Source of the DNA: Verrucomicrobiia bacterium
GTDB taxonomy: Bacteria; Verrucomicrobiota; Verrucomicrobiia; Limisphaerales; UBA11358
Direction of reading: 5' to 3'
DNA: 64,000 nt
Assembly: GCA_035545995.1 (NCBI GenBank)
Contig: DASZXH010000053.1
Location: 188,521 to 252,520 of the forward strand
The position numbers were made by a program, and so were the translations under genes. Positions 54,701-63,830 of this stretch are shown one piece after another. Under the pieces are notes generated by a model that was given only the letters and a program-made list of their open reading frames with translations, was not told the DNA's origin and did no database searches. Each line of letters starts with the position of its first letter. The first letter of the stretch is position 1.

Positions 54701-55972
54701 TTATTCCGCTGGTTGGGACGGGTTTTCGGTGATGATGCGCGCGCCGCGTTTGAACAGGAAATAGGAATAAATCCATTGAATCATCACGGTGATTTTGTTG
54801 CGAAAGCCAATCAAGAAAATGAGGTGAACCAAAAGCCATGTCAGCCACGCGGGAAATCCGTGCAAATGAATTTTGCCGATTTGCGCGACGGCTTTGGAGC
54901 GGCCAATCGTCGCCATCGTGCCTTTGTCAAAATAGCTGAACGCGGCGCGGGGCGAATCGTTGCGGCTCAATTCGTCGTCAATGATTTTGGCGACGTGCCG
55001 CGCCATTTGCATCGCGGCGGGCGAAACGCCGGGAACGGGTTGGCCGTTTTTTTCCATGACAAGCGCGAGGTCGCCGATGGCGAAAACTTCGGGATGGCCG
55101 GGCACGCTCAAATCGGGATTCACTTTCACACGTCCGGCGCGGTCGAGTTCCACGCCGAGTTTTTGTGTCAATGGCGACGCGGAAACGCCCGCGGCCCAAA
55201 CGATGTTGCCGGCGCGGATGATTTCGCCGGTTTTCAATTCGACTTCGCCGGCGCGGATGTTTTGCACGGGCGATGAAACGCGGATTTGCGCGCCGAGATT
55301 TTGCAACTGTCTGGCGGCGCTTTGCGAAAGGTCTTCGGGCAGATTTGCGAGCACGCGCGGGCTGCCTTCGATTAAAATGATTTTAGCCTGACGCGGGTCA
55401 ATGTGGCGGAAATCTTTTTCCAAAACGTGTTTGGTCAGTTCGGCAAACGCGCCGGCGAGTTCGACGCCGGTCGGGCCGCCGCCGATGATGATGATGGTCA
55501 TCAGCCTTTCTTGTTCCTGCGGGTCGGTTATTTTTTCCGCCTGTTCAAAAGCGGCGAGCACCTGACTGCGGATGTGCAGGGCATCGCGCAGGGATTTCAA
55601 ACCGGGCGCAAATTGTTCCCATTCGGGGTGGCCGAAATAATTGGTTTGGCCGCCGAGCGCGAGGACGAGGTAATCATAATTCAAAGTCTGATCGCGCAAG
55701 ACGACTTGTTTTTCCGCGAGTTTCAAATCGGTCGCTTCGTCCATCAACACGGTGATGTTTTCGCGGTCGGATAAAATGGCGCGGACAGGTTGCGCGATTT
55801 CCGGCGCGGACAATCCGGCGCTGGCGACTTGATAAAGGAGCGGTTGAAAGAGGTGATGATTGGTGCGGTCAATGACGGTGACGCGCGCGTTTGGGTTTTG
55901 AAAACTTCGGCAAAACGTCAAACCGCCAAAGCCCGCGCCGAGAACAACGATGTGGGGAGTTTTATCCGCCAT
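54701..55972 (-). CDS. ndh: Type II NADH dehydrogenase (NDH-2)
   Basis: HIVVLGAGFGGL and IIIGGGPTGVELAG are the two dinucleotide-binding motifs, and the length of 423 aa fits. Starts 9 nt after the encapsulin stop. Confidence 0.85.
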   Translation of the reverse strand: MADKTPHIVVLGAGFGGLTFCRSFQNPNARVTVIDRTNHHLFQPLLYQVASAGLSAPEIAQPVRAILSDRENITVLMDEATDLKLAEKQVVLRDQTLNYDYLVLALGGQTNYFGHPEWEQFAPGLKSLRDALHIRSQVLAAFEQAEKITDPQEQERLMTIIIIGGGPTGVELAGAFAELTKHVLEKDFRHIDPRQAKIILIEGSPRVLANLPEDLSQSAARQLQNLGAQIRVSSPVQNIRAGEVELKTGEIIRAGNIVWAAGVSASPLTQKLGVELDRAGRVKVNPDLSVPGHPEVFAIGDLALVMEKNGQPVPGVSPAAMQMARHVAKIIDDELSRNDSPRAAFSYFDKGTMATIGRSKAVAQIGKIHLHGFPAWLTWLLVHLIFLIGFRNKITVMIQWIYSYFLFKRGARIITENPSQPAE

Positions 55973-55981
55973 CAGTTTCTT

Positions 55982-56812
55982 TTATTTTTTCTTGCCCTTG
56001 TCGTCCTGACGTTTTGACGGCGACAACGCTACGGATGCTTCGCTGGTCAAAACGCGGAAAACAAAAGTTTCCTGAAGATACAGCCGCACGACGGATTCGG
56101 TGTGGCCGAGATAGCCGATGGAGACATCCTGTCCGATGCTCAACTGGAAATCGCCGCCGCGCGTGGTCAGGACGAACGCGCCTTCAATCGCCGGTGCCCA
56201 GACGAGATCGCCGTCCACGATGCGTTTGACGTGTTCGAGGACGGGATAGCCTTGATCGCGGGTTTCGGCGAGCGCGGTGTATTCGTTGGCTCCAAGCACG
56301 ACGGAGTAGGGGCCGTTCACGCCGACGAGGCGCAGTTGACTCAAGGCGCGGGCGATGGCATCGGGATAATCGCGCACGTCCGCCGGCAGCGCGTCAATGG
56401 GATTGCTCGTGCCTTCGCGAATGCCTTGAATGCCGGCTTCGCGGTAGCCATTGAAAATGGCGCGGTCTTCGGCGAAGGCGAGTTTCTTCGCGGCATCTTT
56501 TGCGGGCTGCCAATTTGAATCGTTTGATCCGCGCTCCACGTCGTCAATGGTCTGGCGGGACAGTTCAAACGGCACGCGCAATTCGACGAGCGGCTTGACC
56601 TCGCGCTGATGAGCGACGATGCCGGCGGCGGGAGCGGCAATGGATTTCAAATGTCCGGTCGCAACTCCCGGCTGGGCGATGCCGCCGGATGCCGGAACGT
56701 CCACCACGCGCCGTCCGGCCAGATACCGTTTCAGCGTTCGCGTCGTTTCGTCCTCGATTTGCGACCAGGCTGCGTCCGAGATGGGCGCGAGTTTTCGATG
56801 AAGGTTATTCAT
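55982..56812 (-). CDS. Family 1 encapsulin shell protein (linocin M18-like)
   Basis: MNNLHRKLAPISDAAWSQIEDE..LKRYLAGRRVVDV..VELRVPFEL..GYPVLEH are encapsulin hallmarks. It overlaps by 8 nt an upstream DyP gene that carries a targeting peptide. It has an unusual Lys-rich C-terminal tail, SPSKRQDDKGKKK. Confidence 0.9.
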   Translation of the reverse strand: MNNLHRKLAPISDAAWSQIEDETTRTLKRYLAGRRVVDVPASGGIAQPGVATGHLKSIAAPAAGIVAHQREVKPLVELRVPFELSRQTIDDVERGSNDSNWQPAKDAAKKLAFAEDRAIFNGYREAGIQGIREGTSNPIDALPADVRDYPDAIARALSQLRLVGVNGPYSVVLGANEYTALAETRDQGYPVLEHVKRIVDGDLVWAPAIEGAFVLTTRGGDFQLSIGQDVSIGYLGHTESVVRLYLQETFVFRVLTSEASVALSPSKRQDDKGKKK

Positions 56813-57872
56813 GTTTTTTTCCTTTCAGTGATCCGATGTTCAGTGACGCCTCGCGCGCGGGCGAAGGCGATGGTTGATTTGATTCGGTCGTCGGATTGTC
56901 CGCCGCCGGAGACGGTGCTTCGTCCCCAAGATTATCCAGAAAAGTCGCGGACGGCGCAAAAAATAAACTGCCGGTGACCGGATGGCTGAAATCCAAAAGC
57001 CGGTCGTAGTTGCCCGGCGGTCGTCCGATGAACATATTTTCGAGCATTTGTTCCGTGATGCGCGGCGTCCGGCAGTAGCCGATGAAGTAAGTGCCAAATT
57101 CGGCGTGACCGGGTTTGCCGAAGGGCATGTTGTCGCGCAGAATTTTCACTTCTTTGCCGTTCTCGGTGATGGTCGTCAACTCGTTGTGGGCGTAGGGCGC
57201 TTTCTCCGCGTCGCTGATCTCGATGTCGGAAAGTTTTTTGCGTCCGATGATGCGTTCCTGCATTTCCGTGGGCAACGCGTTCCATCGGCTCATATCGTGC
57301 AGGTATTTTTGAGTGATGACGTAACTGCCGCCGGCGAATTGCGGATCATCTTCACCAACGAGCGCGGCGTCGTAAGCGGCCTGCGCGCGCGGATTTTCCG
57401 TGCCGTCAACGAAGCCAAGCAAGTCGCGTTCTTCAAAATAGCGGAAGCCGTGAGTCTCATCCGCCACCGAAACCGCTCCGCCGATGCGCTCCATGATTTG
57501 AGTCGCCAATTCAAAACACAAATCCATTTTCTTGGCGCGGATATGAAACAAGACATCGCCGGGCGTGGCAACGGCATGGCGTTCGCCCGCGCGGAATTCG
57601 CGAAACGGATGCAGTTCGGCGGGACGCGGTTTTCCGAAAAGCCTATCCCACGCCTCCGAGCCAAAAGCCGCGACACAGGAAAGGCCGCCTTCCATGCGCC
57701 GGAAATCCACCGCGCGAAAAATTCCCGATAAATCCGCGCACAGCGAACGCACGGTCGCGCAGCTTTCGTTATCCGGTTTGATGCAGACCACCAGAAAAAT
57801 CGCGGCGCTGGTCAGCGGCGCGAGAATGGGTTGGGCGATGGGTGTTGAATCTTCTCCGCTGGCTGTGCTCAT
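56805..57872 (-). CDS. DyP-type peroxidase with C-terminal encapsulin cargo-loading peptide
   Basis: DyP motifs FVDGTENP and GSYVITQKYLHD. A Pro/Ser-rich linker is followed by SLNIGSLKGKKHE, matching the SLxIGSLKG targeting-peptide consensus. Confidence 0.9.
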   Translation of the reverse strand: MSTASGEDSTPIAQPILAPLTSAAIFLVVCIKPDNESCATVRSLCADLSGIFRAVDFRRMEGGLSCVAAFGSEAWDRLFGKPRPAELHPFREFRAGERHAVATPGDVLFHIRAKKMDLCFELATQIMERIGGAVSVADETHGFRYFEERDLLGFVDGTENPRAQAAYDAALVGEDDPQFAGGSYVITQKYLHDMSRWNALPTEMQERIIGRKKLSDIEISDAEKAPYAHNELTTITENGKEVKILRDNMPFGKPGHAEFGTYFIGYCRTPRITEQMLENMFIGRPPGNYDRLLDFSHPVTGSLFFAPSATFLDNLGDEAPSPAADNPTTESNQPSPSPAREASLNIGSLKGKKHE

Positions 57873-58078
57873 GTGAATAGTTTTAATTTCTGCCCTCTGT
57901 CGTTACATATAACAACCGTCCGTCTGGAAATCAAAGTTTGAAAGGCGCATAACGTCCAAAGCCGAACCACGCCGACGGGCGAGCGGCTCCGCTGGCTTGA
58001 TAATCGTTGTATCACTCAAACCATCCATAAACTCAAGGGGCAGTCGGGTTGGCTTCAGCGCAGTGTTAGGCCTCTGTC

Positions 58079-58852
58079 TTACTGCACCGTTTGCCCACCA
58101 TCAATCACCATAGCGTGGCCGACCATGAAGGCGGCAGCGTCTGAACATAGCCATATAACAGCCGCTGCAATCTCCTCGGGTTTGCCCATCCGTCCAACCG
58201 GCTCCTCCGCGACTACCTTCGCGCGTCCTTCCGATGTGTCACCAGTGAAGCGACTCATCATCGGCGTATCAATGTATCCCGGACAGACGGCGTTGATGCG
58301 AATCTTTTGCGCCGCATAATCGAGCGCCGCCGCTCGCGTGAGACCGATCACGCCATGCTTCGCCGCAGTGTATGCCGGGCTGCCTTTGATGCCGATTACT
58401 CCAGCACCCGATGAAGTATTCACGATTGCGCCGCCCTGCTTGAGGATGAGTGGAATCTCGTGTTTCATGCACAAGAAAACGCCGCGAAGGTTGATGTCGA
58501 AGATGCGGTTCCACTCTTCCTCGTCATAGTCCGCAGTCGGAGCGGGCTTCTTCGGTTCGATTCCGGCGTTGTTGAAAGCGAAGTCCAGCCGTCCGAAAGC
58601 CTCAATGGTCTTGGTCATAGCCGCTTTTATGTCCTCGGCTTTCGTCACGTCGCAACGAACGGCGATTGCCCGTCCTCCTTGTTCCTCAATGAGGCGGACG
58701 GTCTCTTGATTATTGCGCTCGGACACATCAGCGGCCACCACGCTAGCACCCTCGCAAGCGAACGCCAATGCTGCTGCTCGTCCGATGCCGCTCGCGGCTC
58801 CAGTCACGAATGCGACCTTTCCAGCGAAGCTTCCGTTTCGATTCGTTGTCAT
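58079..58852 (-). CDS. Short-chain dehydrogenase/reductase (SDR)
   Basis: TGAASGIGRA (cofactor motif), NNAG, and the catalytic YTAAKHG. Confidence 0.85.
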   Translation of the reverse strand: MTTNRNGSFAGKVAFVTGAASGIGRAAALAFACEGASVVAADVSERNNQETVRLIEEQGGRAIAVRCDVTKAEDIKAAMTKTIEAFGRLDFAFNNAGIEPKKPAPTADYDEEEWNRIFDINLRGVFLCMKHEIPLILKQGGAIVNTSSGAGVIGIKGSPAYTAAKHGVIGLTRAAALDYAAQKIRINAVCPGYIDTPMMSRFTGDTSEGRAKVVAEEPVGRMGKPEEIAAAVIWLCSDAAAFMVGHAMVIDGGQTVQ

Positions 58853-58973
58853 ATTTATTTGTTAATCCTTTCAATCTTATTAGTTAACGGTCAGTGTCTT
58901 CCAAGCTTTGCAGCGTATTCATAGCATAGCAAGTGCGCTGCAAAGGCCTGACATTTGTTTCTGCATTCAGAGT

Positions 58974-60413
58974 TCATAATATCGGCCCAAGCATGGCAAG
59001 GGTATTGTTCCAAAACTTTCGCGGCAAGGGCCATGTTTCAACCGCCGCGCGTGTGACCGGACGCGACCGCGCCAGAAACTCCCGTTGCCGGTCGTGCAGC
59101 GCGCCCGTAAGTTCCGCATCGTAAAGCAGGATGTTGTTCTCATAATTCAATTCAAAACTGCGCCGGTCCATGTTCGCCGATCCAATAAGGGTGATTTCGC
59201 CGTCGAGCGTGAGTGTCTTGGCGTGCAACAAGCCGCCAACGTATTCGTGAATCTCCACGCCCGCCGCCAGCAAGTCGGCGTAATAACTGCGGCTCGCGCC
59301 AGCCACAATCCACGAGTCATTGCGTGCGGGGAAGATGATGGTCGTTTTCACGCCGCGTTGCGCCGCCGAGCACAACGCATTTTGCAACGATTCATCGGGC
59401 ACATAATAGGGCGTCGTAATCATCAATTCCCGCCGCGCCGCGTAAATCAGCGATTCAAACGTCTCCGGCATCGCCGAGAATCTGGCGGTGGGGCCGGTGC
59501 CAATGACCTGCGCCGGAAAACCCGGCGACGCTGACGGCCACGGCAGCCGCAGCAGGTTGTCGAGATTTTCATTCGTGGCGCTCATCCAATCGCAGGCGAA
59601 CAGCCGCTGATTCTGGCGGGCAATCGGCCCCTCGAACCGCATCATCACATCCACCCACGGCGCAAATTTCGCCTTCACGCGGAATTCCGGGTCGGCGCAA
59701 TTCTGGCTGCCGCAATAGGTGATGCCGTTGTCAATCACCACGATTTTGCGGTGGTTGCGCAGATCAATCCGGCGAAATGGCACTCGCAACAGTGGATGAT
59801 TGAGCGCCAGCGCCACGCCCGTTTTTACACCGGCGGACTGTATCGCACGCCACATGTCTGACTTCAACAGGGCGCGGGAACCGAGTCCGTCCACCATCGC
59901 CCGACATTGCACACCACGCGCTGCCGCCCGCTTGAGCGCGTCAGCGATGCGGTTTCCGTTTCCGTCCGTCAACCAGATGTAGAACAGCACATGCACGTGC
60001 TCCTTCGCCGCGTTAATATCCGCCACCATCGCCGTGATTGCCGCATTGGAATCCGCCATCAGCCGCGCTGAATTTCCTGCGACTGGTTCAAAGCCGCTGA
60101 TGGAATGTCCGACACGAAACAAGGCTTCGTATCGTTCGGGAATTTGCGCGCGTAAGTTCAACTGTTCCGCCGCGCCTGATTCGGGTGGCGGCATACTGCG
60201 TTCAACTGCCCGCAACTTCTCCAGCCGCCGCCGACCGATGTTCACCTCACCAAACAGCATGTAAGCGACCACGCCGATCATGGGGAGCGCCAGAATCACC
60301 GCCAGCCAGGCGATGCGCGATGCCGGTTCACGATGCGGGCGCAACATCACACGCACCAACACCGCGATCTCAATCACGATGCCGATTGCCAAAAGGTAAG
60401 ATGGCGGATTCAC
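58974..60413 (-). CDS. cls: Cardiolipin synthase
   Basis: Two N-terminal TM helices and two HKD motifs (HRKIVVIDN.. and LHAKTLTLDGEITLIGSANMD). Confidence 0.9.
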   Translation of the reverse strand: MNPPSYLLAIGIVIEIAVLVRVMLRPHREPASRIAWLAVILALPMIGVVAYMLFGEVNIGRRRLEKLRAVERSMPPPESGAAEQLNLRAQIPERYEALFRVGHSISGFEPVAGNSARLMADSNAAITAMVADINAAKEHVHVLFYIWLTDGNGNRIADALKRAAARGVQCRAMVDGLGSRALLKSDMWRAIQSAGVKTGVALALNHPLLRVPFRRIDLRNHRKIVVIDNGITYCGSQNCADPEFRVKAKFAPWVDVMMRFEGPIARQNQRLFACDWMSATNENLDNLLRLPWPSASPGFPAQVIGTGPTARFSAMPETFESLIYAARRELMITTPYYVPDESLQNALCSAAQRGVKTTIIFPARNDSWIVAGASRSYYADLLAAGVEIHEYVGGLLHAKTLTLDGEITLIGSANMDRRSFELNYENNILLYDAELTGALHDRQREFLARSRPVTRAAVETWPLPRKFWNNTLAMLGPIL

Positions 60414-60440
60414 TTTGTATGGCGGTGAACTAATTTGGAA

Positions 60441-60614
60441 TCATTTGGTTTTTACCATGGCTTGACACAGATACAGGGTGCTTTCGTCGGGCACAAATGC
60501 GAGGGAAACTGAACCAAATGGCTGAAAACCATCCTCGATTAACTTGTTAATCCGATTTTGAAATGCTTCAACGTCATGGTCCAAAACGGATTTATATTCA
60601 GTGATTGTTTCCAT
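60441..60614 (-). CDS. Small DUF1737-like protein (57 aa)
   Basis: Below the ORF-track cutoff. My translation is METITEYKSVLDHDVEAFQNRINKLIEDGFQPFGSVSLAFVPDESTLYLCQAMVKTK, from ATG 60614 to a TGA stop at 60441-60443. Confidence 0.5.
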   Translation of the reverse strand: METITEYKSVLDHDVEAFQNRINKLIEDGFQPFGSVSLAFVPDESTLYLCQAMVKTK

Positions 60615-60711
60615 AAATTGTATGGCGAATTTATTTCAAGATGCGGCTTGCATGGGTTAGAAGCAATTACTGGCTTTGAATTTATATTGACGGCCAAAGC
60701 TTGGTAAGAAT

Positions 60712-61053
60712 TCAAAACCTATTTTTATGAATCCGAAGGAAATACGTTTCGGCTCGTAATTTTTCTATCTCATTCAAAAAGGATAGAATCATTTTAATAT
60801 CCGCCAGATTTTTTCCGTAGGCTGCCCGCATGGATTCGAGACGGCGCAGTATTTTGATGCCAATGCCATCAAAATAAAAGCCTTCGCTGTTTGGATTCCC
60901 GACCGGCGATATCAGGCCATGCTTGCAATACACGGCAATCATGCGGCGCGGCACATGGGTGATTCGTTCCGTTACTTCGATTGAATAGATGACATTTGGT
61001 TCCGGTTCAAAAAGCTGGATGGCGCGAAAAGAATTTTCGTTGGCACAGCTCAT
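60712..61053 (-). CDS. MerR-family (CbpM/HspR-like) transcriptional regulator
   Basis: YSIEVTERITHVPRRMIAVYCKHGLISP HTH and ILRRLESMRAAYGKNLADIKMIL. Start set at ATG 61053, because the upstream part of the track ORF overlaps fdh. Confidence 0.65.
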   Translation of the reverse strand: MSCANENSFRAIQLFEPEPNVIYSIEVTERITHVPRRMIAVYCKHGLISPVGNPNSEGFYFDGIGIKILRRLESMRAAYGKNLADIKMILSFLNEIEKLRAETYFLRIHKNRF

Positions 61054-61127
61054 AAATTTGATTCCAGATTTGAGGCGATCATTCAAATGCTTGTCGCGGT
61101 TCAAAGCGCGAAAATCAAAGCCATCAG

Positions 61128-62288
61128 TCAAGTCAGCTTGTAGGAACTCGCGCCGGTGCCCGCAAGCGTTCCGCCTTTGACGATGAGATATTCCTCGCGA
61201 ATGGGCGTGCCGCTGAAATAACTTTGGAGAATTTCCAATGTTCCGGCGGCATAACGCGTCTGCGCCGAGAGGGACGTGCCCGAAATGTGCGGCGTCATTC
61301 CATTCCAAGGCATGGTTCGCCACGGATGGTTTGATGGAGCCGGTTGGGGAAACCACACGTCGCCGGCATAACCGGCAATCTGACCCGATTCAAGCGCCCG
61401 CACCACAGCGTCGCGTTCGACGAGTTTGCCGCGCGCGGTATTGATGAGATAGGCGCCGCGTTTCATTTTTGCGAACATCGCGTCGTTGAAGAAATTTTCG
61501 GTTGAGGGATAAAGCGGCATTTGCAGGTTGACGATGTCAACCGCTTTTATCAACGACTCCGCATCCGGGTGATAGGTCAAATTCAATTCCTTTTCAACGT
61601 CCGGACTTAAGCGATGCAGGTCGGTGTAATGCAGGCAGAGGTCAAAAGGTTTGAGTCGGCGCAACACCGCCAAACCAATTCGCCCGGCGGCGATTGCGCC
61701 GAAGTGCATCCCTTCGACATCGTAGCTGCGGGACACGCAATCGGCGATGTTCCAAACGCCATTGGCGGCGAGGTTGTGGGACGGTAGATAATTCCGCACC
61801 AGCGCCAGAATCGTCATCACGACGTGCTCGGCGACGCTGATGCTGTTTGAGCCGGTCACTTCGGCGACAGTGACATGGGCGCGGGCGGCGGCGGCAAGAT
61901 CAACGTGATCGGAACCGATTCCAGCGGTCAGGGCGAGTTTCAATTTCTTGGCTTTGGCGATTCGCTCCGGCGTCAGATAGGCCGGCCAGAACGGCTGGGA
62001 AATCACAATTTCGGCATCAGGGAGATGTTTTTCAAATTCCGAATTGGGAGCATCTTTGTCGCTGGTTACAATCAGTTCGTGTCCCAACTTTTCCAGATAG
62101 GGGCGAAGTCCCAGTTCGCCCGAAACGCATCCGACGAGTTCGCCGGGTTTGAATCCGAGCGGGCCTTTTGGACTCGGAGCGGTTTGGCCGTTGGCATAAC
62201 GAGTGATGGTCGGGATTTCGTCGCGGGGATAAATCGGCGGGAATCCGGTTGACGGATCGGGATAAAGGACACAAAGAATTTTTGCCAT
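61128..62288 (-). CDS. fdh: NAD-dependent formate dehydrogenase
   Basis: MAKILCVLYPDP..GELGLRPYLEKLGHELIVTSDKD..QPFWPAYLT..AGIGSDHVDL..VAEVTGSN is near-canonical FDH sequence. Start at ATG 62288. Confidence 0.9.
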   Translation of the reverse strand: MAKILCVLYPDPSTGFPPIYPRDEIPTITRYANGQTAPSPKGPLGFKPGELVGCVSGELGLRPYLEKLGHELIVTSDKDAPNSEFEKHLPDAEIVISQPFWPAYLTPERIAKAKKLKLALTAGIGSDHVDLAAAARAHVTVAEVTGSNSISVAEHVVMTILALVRNYLPSHNLAANGVWNIADCVSRSYDVEGMHFGAIAAGRIGLAVLRRLKPFDLCLHYTDLHRLSPDVEKELNLTYHPDAESLIKAVDIVNLQMPLYPSTENFFNDAMFAKMKRGAYLINTARGKLVERDAVVRALESGQIAGYAGDVWFPQPAPSNHPWRTMPWNGMTPHISGTSLSAQTRYAAGTLEILQSYFSGTPIREEYLIVKGGTLAGTGASSYKLT

Positions 62289-62510
62289 GATTTGAATGCG
62301 TTTTATTGAATTTATAGACGGTTGCCTATGCTCCTGCCGCCCACCAATAAAAAATGCCATCCTTCTCTCGAAAGCGTCCAATCGTTTGTTTGAATCTGGT
62401 GATAACCAACAGTTATCACGCTGGCCAATGCCGTTTTAAGCTGTTCGATAAGAATGATTTGAATCAAACGGACGGCATCGCCATGAAGCGGCACAGATAA
62501 ACGGCGCTTA

Positions 62511-63428
62511 TCACGCTGGCTTTATTTTCGCAAGCGGCTCGTTAAGGATGGATTGAAGGTCCAGTTTGGTTGCAATTTGCCAGGCGGCAGTGGACAGCGC
62601 GGGCTGAATCTCGCGCCGAAGTCTAATCAAACAGACATTTTCGGCGTGTTCAGGAGTGATTGAATGGATGCGTAAGCCAACTCCATCATGTTGTGTTGGC
62701 ACGGCGCTGAGGGGCATGATAATAAACGCTCGCCCGCTTCTGGCTTCGAGCAGCAAAACGTGGAGAGCATTGGTTTCCAGCACCACATTGGGCGTAGCTT
62801 CAACTTTCTTAAAAATCTCATCTAGCGTCCGTCGGTTCTGCATGTCGCGGCTGAGCAGACACAACGGCAAATCAGCGACTTCCGCCCAGTTCAGTTGGCG
62901 GGGAAGTGACGCCTGCTCGCTGGCAATCAAAACATAACGTTCCGAAAATAACGGAAGCACGTCATAATCATCACCGGTGACTGATCTCCCATAAAGCATC
63001 GCCAGATGAAGGTCTTGCGATTTCAATCGCTGTAAAATAACGGATGTGCTGAGGGAAACCACTTCAAGCGTCAGTTGAGGCAACATTTCCCGATATTGCG
63101 CGCTAAGCAACGTAGCGGCGTGACTTGCGGTGGGAATCATGCCGATGGCCAGATGTCCCCGCGGCACGCTACGAATCAAATCAGCCTCTTGTTGAAGCCC
63201 TTTCAGTGAGGCCAGCACATTACGAACCCAAAGGATGACGCGCTCGCCTTCCGGCGTAATGCCTTCAAATGTCCGATTGCGCTTGATGATGGTGATGCCG
63301 AGTTCGCGCTCCAACTCTTTGATTCCATTCGACAACGCCGGCTGCGAGACATGACAACTCTCCGCCGCCCGGCCAAAATGCCGATGTTTGTCCAAGGCGA
63401 TGAGGTAATTAAGCTGGCGTATGAACAT
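62511..63428 (-). CDS. LysR-family transcriptional regulator
   Basis: N-terminal HTH LNYLIALDKHRHFGRAAESCHVSQPALSNGIKELERELG plus a LysR substrate-binding-length C-terminus. Confidence 0.9.
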   Translation of the reverse strand: MFIRQLNYLIALDKHRHFGRAAESCHVSQPALSNGIKELERELGITIIKRNRTFEGITPEGERVILWVRNVLASLKGLQQEADLIRSVPRGHLAIGMIPTASHAATLLSAQYREMLPQLTLEVVSLSTSVILQRLKSQDLHLAMLYGRSVTGDDYDVLPLFSERYVLIASEQASLPRQLNWAEVADLPLCLLSRDMQNRRTLDEIFKKVEATPNVVLETNALHVLLLEARSGRAFIIMPLSAVPTQHDGVGLRIHSITPEHAENVCLIRLRREIQPALSTAAWQIATKLDLQSILNEPLAKIKPA

Positions 63429-63536
63429 TCGGAATATTTATTTTGGCAACGTGGACGAGGTCAATGGCGATCATTGCCATAACAATTGAATAACAATAGA
63501 TTTGAAAATTAAATAGTTAAATCTCGAAAACAATTG

Positions 63537-63830
63537 TGAAATGTTGTCATGCCTCTTGAACGTGTTGAAATGGATGAAACAATTCAGGATTTAGGTTCGT
63601 CGTTTGCCTGCGTTAATTGAGAAGAGTCTTTCGCTGATTTGGCAATGGCAAGGATGGTTGCTTTCAGTAAATTGGAAGTTTTTCCATGCGGCGACAACTT
63701 GGGACAAATCATGTCCTAACACGACCGGAGTTTGTGAGTCTCTTTGTGTGTTACTGTTTGGATTTCCTAAAGAATCGGCAGTTTTTTTACAGGTTTCAAA
63801 TCTTGGCGCTCCGACCATTTCTCTTTTTTT
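63537..63830 (+). repeat. 294-nt module, copy 3, with a degenerate tRNA-Pro 3' core (63789..63830)
   Basis: Collinear with 54400..54693. The core is acaggtttcaaatcttggcgctccgaccatttctcttttttt. The minus-strand frame is still open through the core (..TADSLGNPNSNTQRDSQTPVVLGHDLSQVVAAWKN..) and then frameshifts relative to copy 2. Confidence 0.8.

Noticed and set aside
54386-55276. 296-aa + strand ORF spanning repeat module 2 and the ndh antisense; also 56982..57731 (+) antisense to DyP
   Set aside because: These are shadow ORFs in GC-rich sequence opposite well-supported genes, with no motifs of their own.
12144-63830. Base composition as evidence that the repeat-bounded segments are foreign
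   Set aside because: My hand counts on single 60-nt lines show GC-rich cytosolic enzyme genes (20.5-25 kb, 54.7-62.3 kb) and AT-richer secreted or repeat-protein genes. Both kinds occur inside and outside the att-like boundaries, so composition tracks gene class rather than the boundaries. This needs a proper sliding-window calculation.
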